Part shown: positions 19,162 through 28,464 of the stretch, piece after piece
How the letters are laid out: every line of letters starts with the position of its first letter
How positions within the stretch are numbered: the stretch's first letter is position 1
Assembly (NCBI GenBank): GCA_963664255.1
Contig: OY760938.1
Coordinates: 1,975,638 to 2,039,637 of the forward strand
Origin: Intestinibacillus sp.
GTDB taxonomy: Bacteria; Bacillota; Clostridia; Oscillospirales; Butyricicoccaceae
DNA length: 64,000 nucleotides
Reading direction: 5' to 3'
The notes under the pieces: model-generated
Seen by the model: the letters and a program-made list of their open reading frames with translations, nothing else
Told to the model about the DNA's origin: nothing
Databases searched by the model: none
Made by a program: the position numbers and the translations under genes

Positions 19162-19345
19162 GTATTCATAACGGTGAACAGGCATATCTTTTCCGCGATG
19201 TGGCGTTAAAACTCCTTGGAATACACAAAGTCCCCTAGGTGATTTTCTACCAGTAAGCGATGCATCAAACAATTTTGTGTGAATTGTGCGGTGTTGCCCT
19301 AGCAAAAAATCTATACCCATTTCTACCATTCTCGTTTATGAATAC
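19162..19345. repeat. MITE-like intergenic repeat, copy 1
   Basis: Begins GTATTCATAACGG and ends CGTTTATGAATAC (10-bp perfect terminal inverted repeat GTATTCATAA). It shares internal blocks GGCATATCTTTTCCGC.ATG.GGCGTTAAAACTCCTTGGAATACA and CTAGCAAAAAATCTATACC with 30310-30459. Confidence 0.7.
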
Positions 19346-19354
19346 AACTTCTAA

Positions 19355-19416
19355 GAAGAACCGCCCAAGCTGCCGCGTTCGGAAAGGATTTCCTACGCAG
19401 CGCTTGGGCGGTTCTT
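19355..19416. terminator. Long hairpin between convergent genes
   Basis: Stem GAAGAACCGCCCAAGC / GCTTGGGCGGTTCTT with a structured loop, followed by TTTTCG. Confidence 0.65.
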
Positions 19417-19430
19417 TTCGCAGTATGGTA

Positions 19431-21983
19431 CTAGAACTGCTCTGCAAGGTCTGTTTTTTGCAAAATCTCCACGAAAACATCCACAATATCCGGTGCAAAT
19501 TGTGTGCCTGCATGGCGCAGTAATTCTTGCATGGCAGCTTCTTTGGACAACGCCGTGTGATATACCCGTTCGTGGGTCATGGCATCAAAGGCATCTGCCA
19601 CAGAAAGAATGCGACAGCAAAGTGGGATTTCTTCCCCTCGCAAGCCTTTGGGATAGCCAGTGCCATCCCACCGCTCATGATGTGCCAAAATATATTCAGA
19701 CACCACGGACAATTCCGGCGTATTCTGCGTGATACGATAGCCGATTTCAGAATGCTTCTGCAGTTCGCTGCGTTCCTGCACCGAAAGAGGCTCTTTTTTG
19801 CACAAAAGCGCCGCAGAAACGCCAACCTTCCCAATATCATGCAATACGGAAAAGAGCGACAATTCATTCTTCATTTTATCACTTAACTGCATTTTTTGGG
19901 CGATTGCCTTGCAGGATGCGGCAATTCGTCTGGAATGCGCTTCGGTTTCCATGCTTTTTTCATGGAGGGTGGACAGTAGGGTGTTGATGATAGTGGTGCG
20001 AAAGGTTCGGCTTTCCAGCAATTTTTGGCGATACATCAACTCTTCTGCCTCTCGAATGACATCCCGCATATCCTGCGCAGGTCGCTTGCGTGCCGCGCAA
20101 CCCAACGAAACGCTCACCTGCAAGGGACCCACGGTGTGCTTTTGAAAATTTGCTTTCAGCCGCTGTACCAGCGCATCTGCCTGTGCCTGTGTGGTGTGCC
20201 GCAGCAGCACTAAAAACTCATCACCGCCCCAGCGGGCAACCATGTGCTGGCGACCGCAGGTTTCCAACAGAATTTGTGCCACGTGCTGGAGCAATGCATC
20301 GCCTGTTTCATGTCCGAAAACATCATTCGTGATTTTCAAACCGTTGACATCCCCCATGATGACGGCAATCGCCATATCCGTTTTTTGTGACACATGATTG
20401 ATTTCTGCTTCTGCAAAGCGGCGGTTATAAATGCCGGTCAGGGCATCGTGATAGCTGAGGAATAAAATTTCCTTTTGCTGCGCCTTTTCAAAGCGGACAT
20501 CACGAAACACCATCACGACACCGAACATTTTGCCGTTTTCATTTTTGATGGGAGCGGCACTGTCCGCAATGGTGATTTTTTCACCGCAGCGGTTGCATAA
20601 AATGGTGTTGTTTTCCAGACCAGTCAGTTCTTCGGTCAGCAGCACGGTTTCTACCGGATTTTTGGCAGGCTGTCCGGTTTCCTCATTCTGCAGAATGAAA
20701 ATCTCCGAAAACGGCTTGCCGATTGCCTCTTGGTTGCGCCAGCCTGTCATGTTTTCTGCGGCATGGTTGAGCGAGGTAATGTTGCCAACGGTATCGGTGG
20801 TTAAAACGCCATCTCCTATGGATTTTAGGGTGGTGTGCAGCAGCTCTTTTTCTTGAAACAGCACCTTTCGATAATTTTCTCGGTCGGTAACGTCAAAGAT
20901 AATCGAAAATAGCTTTGCACTGTTCTTGTCTGCAATGGGGCAGGAATAGACCTCTACAATGCGGATTTCCCCGCTGCACAAGCGGTGCGGAAAGATGAAA
21001 TGTGCGCGCTTCTCTTCGACCGCAATTTGCCGCTGCTTCTGCACCTCTTCTTCCGGCAGGGTATTGATGTTTTGGATATTCAGCCGCAGTAAATCGGATT
21101 TTTCATAGCCATAAAAGGCACAAGCCGCAGGATTGGCGTCTAAAATCTGACCGGTATGGGGGTCTATGATGAGCATATTGGCGATGTGGTCATGAAACAT
21201 GGACTGCAAACGCTCCTGCAAAACCTGATGGTGCTCCTCCAGCTGCTTATATTGCGTGATGTCCTTGCGAGAAGCGATGAGGTATTGTCGCCCGGCTTTT
21301 TGGGCAACCGAAAGGCTGGTCAAAAAAACATAGGACTTTCCGCCCAGGTTAAAATTTTCCTCAAAAATCAGGGTGTGATTTTTCAAAATAGCCTGCATAT
21401 AGAGGTTGGTGAGTCGTTCGCCAGTGGCGTGCCCCCAAACCTCATGCGGTGTTTTTCCGCTGATTTCTCGGCTGTGCAGGCCTGTGATGCGTTCGTGTGC
21501 CGCATTGAAGCTGATATAGTAAAACGCGCCATCTTTATATTCTGCCAGAAACATACCATCTTGTGTGCTGTTGAAAATAAAGTCCAAATTGGATTTTGCT
21601 TCCTCCAGCGCCTGCTTTTGCAGCAGCAGCGCACTGGTTTCATCGCGTGGAAGAGGATGGCATACCAGTGCAAAAACGGCATTCTCCAGCAGGAAGGCAT
21701 GGAGCTGCACATATCCTGCTTGGCTTTGCAGGTGCACCTGCTGCGGTGCTTCTTGCAGCTTCTCATACAAAATATGCGGGTTGAAGTTTAATTTTTCCCA
21801 AAAATCGGATGCGCTTTTGCCCAGCCAATCGGATGCCTGTATGGCAAACTGCTGCTCAAAACTACGGTTCATTTCCAAAAAGACGCTGTCAATCATCTGG
21901 CCTTCCTGATTGCATATCACCTGATTGTATGCACATGCGTAAGGCATCAAACGCACCATTTGTTCGGCATAGCTTTCCAACAT
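19431..21983 (-). CDS. PAS-domain sensor with GGDEF diguanylate cyclase and HD-GYP phosphodiesterase domains
   Basis: 850 aa. Several PAS-like blocks are followed by RWGGDEFLVL (GGDEF) and then HDIGK...HHERWDGTGYP (HD-GYP). Confidence 0.85.
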   Translation of the reverse strand: MLESYAEQMVRLMPYACAYNQVICNQEGQMIDSVFLEMNRSFEQQFAIQASDWLGKSASDFWEKLNFNPHILYEKLQEAPQQVHLQSQAGYVQLHAFLLENAVFALVCHPLPRDETSALLLQKQALEEAKSNLDFIFNSTQDGMFLAEYKDGAFYYISFNAAHERITGLHSREISGKTPHEVWGHATGERLTNLYMQAILKNHTLIFEENFNLGGKSYVFLTSLSVAQKAGRQYLIASRKDITQYKQLEEHHQVLQERLQSMFHDHIANMLIIDPHTGQILDANPAACAFYGYEKSDLLRLNIQNINTLPEEEVQKQRQIAVEEKRAHFIFPHRLCSGEIRIVEVYSCPIADKNSAKLFSIIFDVTDRENYRKVLFQEKELLHTTLKSIGDGVLTTDTVGNITSLNHAAENMTGWRNQEAIGKPFSEIFILQNEETGQPAKNPVETVLLTEELTGLENNTILCNRCGEKITIADSAAPIKNENGKMFGVVMVFRDVRFEKAQQKEILFLSYHDALTGIYNRRFAEAEINHVSQKTDMAIAVIMGDVNGLKITNDVFGHETGDALLQHVAQILLETCGRQHMVARWGGDEFLVLLRHTTQAQADALVQRLKANFQKHTVGPLQVSVSLGCAARKRPAQDMRDVIREAEELMYRQKLLESRTFRTTIINTLLSTLHEKSMETEAHSRRIAASCKAIAQKMQLSDKMKNELSLFSVLHDIGKVGVSAALLCKKEPLSVQERSELQKHSEIGYRITQNTPELSVVSEYILAHHERWDGTGYPKGLRGEEIPLCCRILSVADAFDAMTHERVYHTALSKEAAMQELLRHAGTQFAPDIVDVFVEILQKTDLAEQF

Positions 21984-22336
21984 AGCTAATCATCCTTCCT
22001 CGCAGTCATCCCTATGACCCGTGCAAATGTTCTCTATCTCAAAAAAAGCGTCCAAGCTGATGTATGTGCAATCCAAACAGCATCCTTGGATATAGATGCT
22101 GGCGTTGTCTGCGCAAACCGAGCACGGCATTCCATTGCAGTGCTATTAAACTTAGTTTATCCCAAAGTGCACCAAAGTACAAGAGCAAAGCGACATTTCA
22201 CTGTATTTTTTTACAAAAAACGACGAAATGCACAAGATGCGCCTGTATTGTTTTGTTTTCAAAAGTTCCATCCCTGCACAGGCTGCAGGGATTTGGCATA
22301 GAATGAAGCATCTCTTGAAGGAGAGGTGAACGTAAT

Positions 22337-22624
22337 ATGCAATGCTATAACCCATATTGCTGTGGTTATGTAGAAGGGCGCGCGGAAGGCTGCGCCGCGG
22401 GCTGCGCACAAGGTCGTGTGCAGGGCTACACACAAGGCTGCCAGCAAGGCTATGTGCAGGGTCTTTCGCAAGGCTGTGCACAAGGGCGCGCACAAGGCTA
22501 TTCGCAGGGCTGTGCACAGGGCTACCAAAATGGCTATGTCCAAGGGGCTTCTGCGGGCTATGCCAAAGGGGCCTGCTGTGAGCACCGCCGCATTTGTGCG
22601 CAGCTGGCGCAGATTTGTAATTGA
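22337..22624 (+). CDS. Cys/Gly/Gln-rich tetrad-repeat small protein
   Basis: GGAGAGGTG RBS, 95 aa. About 17 consecutive x-G-x-x tetrads, mostly Q-G-[C/Y]-x, with 12 Cys. A hairpin terminator follows immediately. Confidence 0.6.
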   Translation: MQCYNPYCCGYVEGRAEGCAAGCAQGRVQGYTQGCQQGYVQGLSQGCAQGRAQGYSQGCAQGYQNGYVQGASAGYAKGACCEHRRICAQLAQICN

Positions 22625-22640
22625 AGCGATGCAGCAAAAA

Positions 22641-22676
22641 AACAAGGCGTCATACGAGTTGGTATGACGCCTTGTT
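22641..22676. terminator. Bidirectional terminator
   Basis: 15-bp stem AACAAGGCGTCATAC / GTATGACGCCTTGTT flanked by an A-run and a T-run, between convergent genes. Confidence 0.8.
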
Positions 22677-22687
22677 TTGCCTGTGTG

Positions 22688-24850
22688 CTATTTCTGCCCT
22701 GCCGCCGATGGTTTCATGGACAGCGCAATGCGCTTTTTCTTTTCATCCACTTCCAACACATACACCGTCACAATATCGCCCACCTTCACCACATCAGACG
22801 GATGTTTAATGAAGCGGTCTGCCAGTTGTGAAATGTGCACCAACCCATCTTGGTGCACACCGATGTCCACAAACGCACCGAAATCAATGACATTGCGCAC
22901 CGTGCCGACCAGCTCCATGCCGCGTTTCAAATCCGAAAGCTGCATCACATCCGAACGCAGCAGCGCAGGCGGCAAGCTGTCGCGCAGGTCACGCCCCGGC
23001 TTTTGCAGTTCGCTGATGATGTCACGCAAGGTCGGGATGCCAATGCCGCAGGCATCTGCCGTCTTTTGCTCGCCGCGTTCCTGTATGCGAAGCGGCAGGG
23101 TATGAATCCCCTGCAGTGTGACCTCGGCAAGCTGTAGGCCAAGCAGCTCGAGCAAGCGGTTTGCCGCCGCGTAGGATTCCGGATGCACTGAGGTGTTGTC
23201 CAAAATGTTTTTGCCGCCGGGAATGCGCAAAAATCCGGCGCACTGCTCATATGCTTTGGGCCCCAGTCGCGGCACTTTTTTCAGCTCGGTGCGGCTTTGG
23301 AAGGCACCGTTTTCATCGCGATAGGCGACCACATTTTTTGCAACCGTTTCATTGAGTCCGGAAATATAGGTCAGCAGAGAAGCCGATGCGGTATTCAAAT
23401 CCACACCCACACTGTTGACGCAGTCCTCCACCACGCCGCCCAATGCCATGTCCAGCCTTGCGGGAGGCATATCGTGCTGATATTGTCCGATGCCGATGGC
23501 TTTTGGGTCGATTTTTACAAGCTCTGCCAAGGGGTCCTGCAAGCGGCGCGCTATCGAAACCGCACTGCGCAACGATACATCAAACGTTGGAAATTCTGCC
23601 GCCGCCAGCTTGGATGCCGAATAGACCGATGCACCCGCTTCGCTGACCACCATATAACTGACGGGGGTGTCCAGTTCTCGAATCAAATCCGCCACAAAGA
23701 TTTCCGATTCCTTGGAGGCGGTTCCGTTGCCGATGGAAATCACGCGTACACCATGCTTGGTAATCAAGCGCTTCAGGTCTTTTTTTGCATCTTCAATGCG
23801 ATTATGTGGCGGTGTGGGATAAATCACAGTGGTATCAAGCACTTTTCCAGTCGAATCCACCACCGCAATTTTACATCCTGTCCGATAGGCAGGGTCAAGC
23901 CCTAAAATGACTTGGTTTTTGACGGGCGGCTGTAACAGCAGCGGCTTTAGATTGACTGCAAACATGGAAATCGCCTGCTCTGCCGCCTTTTGGGTCAGTT
24001 CTGCACGAATTTCTCGCTCAACCGCAGGAAACACCAGTCGTTTCCATGCATCTGCAATGGCTTCCTGCACGCAAATGGTTGTCACACTGCCAGCGCGCAC
24101 AAACTGCTGCTGCAAAATGGATAACGCCGCGTCCTCATCCGCCACCAGCTTGATTTTCAGATAGCCCTCCTGTTCGCCGCGGTCCATCGCCAGAATGCGA
24201 TGGCTGGGCAGCTTGTGAATCGGCTCGGTATAGTCATAATACATCTGATAGACCGAATCCTCTTCCTTGGCGGCGCGAGAGGATGCAGAACCGGTTTTCC
24301 AGATGCTTTCGCGCAGCTTTTTGCGACAGGTGGCATCATCGGACACGGTTTCTGCAAGAATATCCTTTGCGCCTGCAATCGCATCTTCCCAGCTGAAAAC
24401 CTCCTTTTCTGCGTTGACAAACGGCAGCGCGAGGTCGGTCAGTGTGGCTTGCTGTGGCAGCTGCTGCAGTAAAATGTCCGCCAAAGGCTGCAGCCCTTTT
24501 TCCTGCGCGATGGTCGCACGGGTGCGGCGTTTTGGGCGATAGGGGCGATATAGGTCTTCGATTTCTGCGAGTGTTTTGGCGTTTCCAATCGCTTCCGAAA
24601 GTGCTTGTGTCATTTTTTCCTGTGCCGTGATGGTTTCCACAACCTCAGCTTTTCGCTTTTCCAAATTGCGGATATATTGCAGTCGGTCGAACAACTCACG
24701 CAGCACTTGGTCATCACAGGAGCCGGTCAGCTCCTTGCGATAGCGTGCAATGAATGGAATGGTGTTGCCGTCATCAATCAGTGCGACGATATTTTCCGCA
24801 TGGGTCTGTGTCAACTGGAATTCTTTTGCAAGTTCCAATGCGATATTCAT
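22688..24850 (-). CDS. tex: Tex-like transcription accessory protein (S1 RNA-binding)
   Basis: MNIALELAKEFQLTQTHAENIVALIDDGNTIPFIARYRKE at the N-terminus, YqgF-like and HhH regions, and a C-terminal S1 domain GTVRNVIDFGAFVDIGVHQDGLVHISQL. The start is moved to the ATG at 24850, which is preceded by AGAGGT. Confidence 0.85.
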   Translation of the reverse strand: MNIALELAKEFQLTQTHAENIVALIDDGNTIPFIARYRKELTGSCDDQVLRELFDRLQYIRNLEKRKAEVVETITAQEKMTQALSEAIGNAKTLAEIEDLYRPYRPKRRTRATIAQEKGLQPLADILLQQLPQQATLTDLALPFVNAEKEVFSWEDAIAGAKDILAETVSDDATCRKKLRESIWKTGSASSRAAKEEDSVYQMYYDYTEPIHKLPSHRILAMDRGEQEGYLKIKLVADEDAALSILQQQFVRAGSVTTICVQEAIADAWKRLVFPAVEREIRAELTQKAAEQAISMFAVNLKPLLLQPPVKNQVILGLDPAYRTGCKIAVVDSTGKVLDTTVIYPTPPHNRIEDAKKDLKRLITKHGVRVISIGNGTASKESEIFVADLIRELDTPVSYMVVSEAGASVYSASKLAAAEFPTFDVSLRSAVSIARRLQDPLAELVKIDPKAIGIGQYQHDMPPARLDMALGGVVEDCVNSVGVDLNTASASLLTYISGLNETVAKNVVAYRDENGAFQSRTELKKVPRLGPKAYEQCAGFLRIPGGKNILDNTSVHPESYAAANRLLELLGLQLAEVTLQGIHTLPLRIQERGEQKTADACGIGIPTLRDIISELQKPGRDLRDSLPPALLRSDVMQLSDLKRGMELVGTVRNVIDFGAFVDIGVHQDGLVHISQLADRFIKHPSDVVKVGDIVTVYVLEVDEKKKRIALSMKPSAAGQK

Positions 24851-25587
24851 ATAGTACCTCTTTAAAGTTTGCAAATTTTTGCTTGTTGTCTATCAGTATA
24901 CCATATTATGTACGCCTGTGCAGGGGAAAGGGCGGATTTTTTTGTGCGCTGTATGACACAGCCCCTTTCTTTTACCTAAGCTGAAAACATTATACCGCAG
25001 CGGCGAGCGGAAGTTGAAGACCCGAATCTGCTTTTGATGCCGCTCGTGGTATAATTTTAAAATAGCGGTATAATAGCCGTTTGCGGCTATTATACCGTAT
25101 TCATTAATTCTGCTACCGTTTCCTTTTCAGAAAGACGATAGATTTTACTTCCCCGACCTATTCTGCATAGAGAGTGTGTGAAAAGTAAGAAATGGGTTTA
25201 TTTATGTTTCCGCAATTCAGATTTTGACCTTTTGCAGCAACTGCGCGGTCTTAGTAATTGCGGTGACGGTATCCATTGTATGGTCTTCGTTTTCGATCGA
25301 CAATACGCCGTCATAACACCATGAGCAATGACCTTCTCCGAATCGGATTGGTAAATCACGCTGGAGAAGCGCCCTTGCTGGCAGTACGCTACAAGGAAAA
25401 AGATAATTCTCGCATCACCGTGTTAGAGTTCGAGGCTGGGGGCATCCCACGGTATGAGTGGGAGGACAAGCAGGCTAAGTTTTGAAAGCATCCAGAATGA
25501 TGTATCTGCTATTAAGCAGAAAGTGGACACGCTGAACTAATACACAAAAGAATAGACCTGCTGTTACTGTCAGCAGGTCTATATTAC

Positions 25588-26532
25588 TTAATTCATTTTA
25601 ATTTTATTCTTTGTCTTTTTCTGAAATTGTGCAAGCGGTGAAATCTCATCGAAGCCAGCGACAATATCAGAATTGTAAATCTGGCAATAATGTTTCGTCA
25701 TGTCGAGCGTTGAATGTCCTAAGAGTTTTTGAAGCATAAAAGCATTGCCGCCGCAGTCTACAAGGTATTTACGTGCAAAGGTATGATGGAAAGCATGAAT
25801 ACTTGTTTTTTCAACGCCGCGCCGCTCATTGTATTTTTTAATAGTACAGCGTAAACCGTTTTCTGTCATTTGTGCGCCCGCTTCATTCGGGAATAGGCAG
25901 TCTGTTTGTTCGCCGCCACGGATTTTCATATATTCTTTGAGCACTGCAACCATAGCAGTAGAGAGGGGCAGGACTTGCACGCGCCGTGATTTGTTGTGCC
26001 GCAGTGTTATCATTTTGCCAGATAGGTCTACATCTTTGATTTGAATGTTTCTAATAGAGGATGCGCGGCATCCGTTATTAACTAACAGATTGATGATCGC
26101 CCAGTCGCGGTATTCAGTGAACTTGCATTTGTTCATGTTCGGCTTTTTCAAGAGCGCTTCTAATTCATCATCCGTATATGTTTCTTTTACTGTTTCGACC
26201 TCTTTATATTTCTGTAAGGTTACGGTTGTCAGTCCCTCATCTCTGCACCAACCAAGGAACACTCTGAATATACGGACGTAAGTTGCAATGGTATTGGGAC
26301 TGATCGGTCTAGCTTGATTGCACAAGGATATAATCATCTGATCTAGATGTTGCTTGTTAAGATCTGCTATAGGCATAGACAAATCTAAATGACGCGAAAG
26401 GGACTTGAATTGACCGTGGTACGACATTGCTGTTTTGTCTGAAACACCCAGCACTTTTCGTTGAATTATAAACTTCTCGATGGTTTCCGCAATGGAGCGG
26501 TTTTCAAGTGATTTCATTGTGATTTTAGCCAT
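25588..26532 (-). CDS. Tyrosine site-specific recombinase (phage-integrase/Xer-like)
   Basis: 314 aa. An N-terminal SAM-like core-binding region is followed by a catalytic region with HAFHHTFA and LLGHSTLDMTKHY. Confidence 0.8.
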   Translation of the reverse strand: MAKITMKSLENRSIAETIEKFIIQRKVLGVSDKTAMSYHGQFKSLSRHLDLSMPIADLNKQHLDQMIISLCNQARPISPNTIATYVRIFRVFLGWCRDEGLTTVTLQKYKEVETVKETYTDDELEALLKKPNMNKCKFTEYRDWAIINLLVNNGCRASSIRNIQIKDVDLSGKMITLRHNKSRRVQVLPLSTAMVAVLKEYMKIRGGEQTDCLFPNEAGAQMTENGLRCTIKKYNERRGVEKTSIHAFHHTFARKYLVDCGGNAFMLQKLLGHSTLDMTKHYCQIYNSDIVAGFDEISPLAQFQKKTKNKIKMN

Positions 26533-26633
26533 GATTTTGCACCTCTTGATTCGTTAAAATTACACATAAAATCAAGCGTGCGAATACGAAAATCACCATT
26601 TCTTTAATCTGTACTTTTTGTTACTATGAAACC

Positions 26634-26676
26634 AAAAAAAGAGATAAAGCACACATTTCTGTGAACCTTATCTCTT
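26634..26676 (-). terminator. Terminator downstream of tRNA-Pro(GGG)
   Basis: On the minus strand, the hairpin AAGAGATAAGG...CTTTATCTCTT is followed by a T-run. Confidence 0.6.
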
Positions 26677-26679
26677 AGA

Positions 26680-26755
26680 TGGTCCGAGTGACAGGACTTG
26701 AACCTGCGGCCTCTTGACCCCCAGTCAAGCACGCTACCAACTGCGCCACACCCGG
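26680..26755 (-). tRNA. tRNA-Pro (anticodon GGG)
   Basis: The reverse complement is CCGGGTGTGGCGCAGTTGGTAGCGTGCTTGACTGGGGGTCAAGAGGCCGCAGGTTCAAGTCCTGTCACTCGGACCA. The anticodon loop is CTGGGGG. Confidence 0.9.
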
Positions 26756-26899
26756 TTTTAATGCTTATTTATTATAGCAAGCTATTATTCGATTGTCAAT
26801 ATCTTTTTCGTTGAAAAGAAAACGTGAAAAGTAAGATAATAAATGCGAAAGAGTATTATACCTCTGACGCATTTATTTTTTTATCTAAAACTGTAGAAA

Positions 26900-27115
26900 G
26901 TGCCTGAATTATGTAGGTTCTATAACATCGTTATCAAGATGCTGTATTCAGACAATGGACAGCATAACAAGCCCCATTTTCACGCATACTATGCAGAATA
27001 TGAGGCATCCGTGGGTGTGGACGGTGAGTTGTTGGCGGGCAGCCTTCCGATAAAGCATCTGAAACTTGTGCAGGCATGGGCAGCGATTTATGAAGAAGAA
27101 CTGTATGCGGTTTAG
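26900..27115 (+). CDS. DUF4160-family small protein
   Basis: GTG start, 71 aa. The pattern FYNIVIKMLYSDNGQHNKPHFHAYYAEYEASV...LP.K.L.LVQAWA is characteristic of DUF4160. Confidence 0.6.
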   Translation: MPELCRFYNIVIKMLYSDNGQHNKPHFHAYYAEYEASVGVDGELLAGSLPIKHLKLVQAWAAIYEEELYAV

Positions 27116-27364
27116 AATATTGATATAGCGCCGGAAGCACTCTACAAGGGCGGCGTAACGGTAGGGGTGGAAAGTGCTTGAAGCCATAAGCTACATGGCA
27201 TAGCAAAGCGGGAGCAGCCCCACAATGGAATTGCTCCCGCTCGTTTTCTATACCATTTATTTTACCATTTACACACAGTCCCTTTCTTTGCAGATTTATC
27301 TTGACAAAAGCATAGAACTATGATATTGTAATATAACTATCGTATTCTTATTGAAAGTCTATAT

Positions 27365-27448
27365 GCGGGTATGGCGGAATTGGCAGACGCGCCAGATTTA
27401 GGTTCTGGTATCTCCGATGTGCAGGTTCAAGTCCTGTTACCCGCACCA
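27365..27448 (+). tRNA. tRNA-Leu (anticodon TAG)
   Basis: GCGGGTATGGCGGAATTGGCAGACGCGCCAGATTTAGGTTCTGG...GCAGGTTCAAGTCCTGTTACCCGCACCA. The anticodon loop is TTTAGGT. Confidence 0.9.
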
Positions 27449-27453
27449 AGCTA

Positions 27454-27498
27454 AAACACCTCGAAATCGTTGTTTATTGCAACTTTTTCGAGGTGTTT
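27454..27498 (+). terminator. Rho-independent terminator after tRNA-Leu(TAG)
   Basis: Stem AAACACCTCGAAA / TTTCGAGGTGTTT followed by a T-run. It is homologous to the hairpin at 17565-17606. Confidence 0.8.
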
Positions 27499-28285
27499 GT
27501 TTTTTCTGACGACAACTTGACGACAAAAGTACAAAATAAACAAAAGCCCAGTACCACAGCGGATACTGGGCTTTTCAATGGTAGAATCCGTTGAGGAGCT
27601 ATTTTTTTAGCAAAAACACATTACTGGTGCTTTCTGGTACAACCCTGCTATTCAGTAGGTATGTACCGAAACTTCTATTCAGAAGTTTCCTCAAGGTTTT
27701 AACAGTGGAAATGTTGTTAAAATAAAAAATCGTGTATGCGCACAACCACATACACGATCTCTCAACGGGCGAACCGATGAACATATTAAATTTTGTCGGA
27801 GCGCCCCCTCTGTCAGTGGGAAGTTGAGAGATTTACGGCACCTTGACAAAATAATATTCTCCTCAGAGTAACGGAGAAGTAGCAGGCCGGACACAATGTG
27901 CGCCAAGACATCAGCTAAGCTGACCGAGCGATAAAACATATTGTTTCGCGAAACCAAAATCCCGCACTCAATAATGACACTCGTGGACCAATAGAAAACC
28001 CTTAAGTGAGGGCGGCGCCGGATCGGAACCGGTGATTTCTGTGAAGTACGTATGAACGACTTCCTGGAGATAGCGCACTAGAGAAAAACTCATTGTGCGG
28101 CTTTGAGGAACAAAGGGAGCAAAAGCCCTTATGCTAGATATTTTATGATGCTCCGCCTTTTCTGTAAAGGGGAGGCGGAGCATCTTTCTTATAGCTATAA
28201 CACAAACTAATATACACTGTCAGTTTGAATAAACAGTGCATATCACAAAAACTCAACATCTTTCATTTGAGTTTTTGTGATATTA

Positions 28286-28370
28286 TGGTGGGAGGTGATG
28301 GATTCGAACCATCGAAGTCATAGACAACAGATTTACAGTCTGTCCCCTTTGGCCACTCGGGAAACCTCCC
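28286..28370 (-). tRNA. tRNA-Tyr (anticodon GTA)
   Basis: The reverse complement is GGGAGGTTTCCCGAGTGGCCAAAGGGGACAGACTGTAAATCTGT...GATGGTTCGAATCCATCACCTCCCACCA. Confidence 0.9.
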
Positions 28371-28388
28371 ATATTAAGTTGTTTGGAA

Positions 28389-28464
28389 TGGAGCTGGTGG
28401 ACGGACTTGAACCCCCGACCTGCTGATTACAAATCAGCTGCTCTACCAACTGAGCTACACCAGC
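28389..28464 (-). tRNA. tRNA-Thr (anticodon TGT)
   Basis: The reverse complement is GCTGGTGTAGCTCAGTTGGTAGAGCAGCTGATTTGTAATCAGCAGGTCGGGGGTTCAAGTCCGTCCACCAGCTCCA. There is one apparent mismatch in the T stem. Confidence 0.85.

Noticed and set aside
22152-22667. Five alternative ORFs (74-161 aa) on both strands over the Cys/Gly/Gln repeat gene
   Set aside because: They are by-products of the 12-nt periodic GC-rich repeat. Only the 22337-22624 frame has an RBS, an ATG and a terminator in the right places.
25276-25485. 69-aa plus-strand ORF and an opposite-strand frame ending ...YDGVLSIENEDHTMDTVTAITKTAQLLQKVKI
   Set aside because: Neither frame has a convincing RBS or start. The region looks like a gene fragment, so it is left unannotated.
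17565-27498. The shared AACACCTCGAAA...TTTCGAGGTGTT hairpin at two tRNA-Leu loci as a mobile or regulatory repeat
   Set aside because: It is most simply explained as homologous terminators retained after duplication of a tRNA-Leu transcription unit, and it has no further copies in the window.
27700-28200. Possible RNase P RNA, tmRNA or SRP RNA in the tRNA cluster
   Set aside because: I searched both strands by eye for the GAGGAAAGTCC / ACAGAA-CCGGCTTA P4 pair, a tRNA-like GGTTCGA..CCACCA end with an ALAA-type tag frame, and the GTCAGGTCCGGAAGGAAGCAGC SRP core. None was present.
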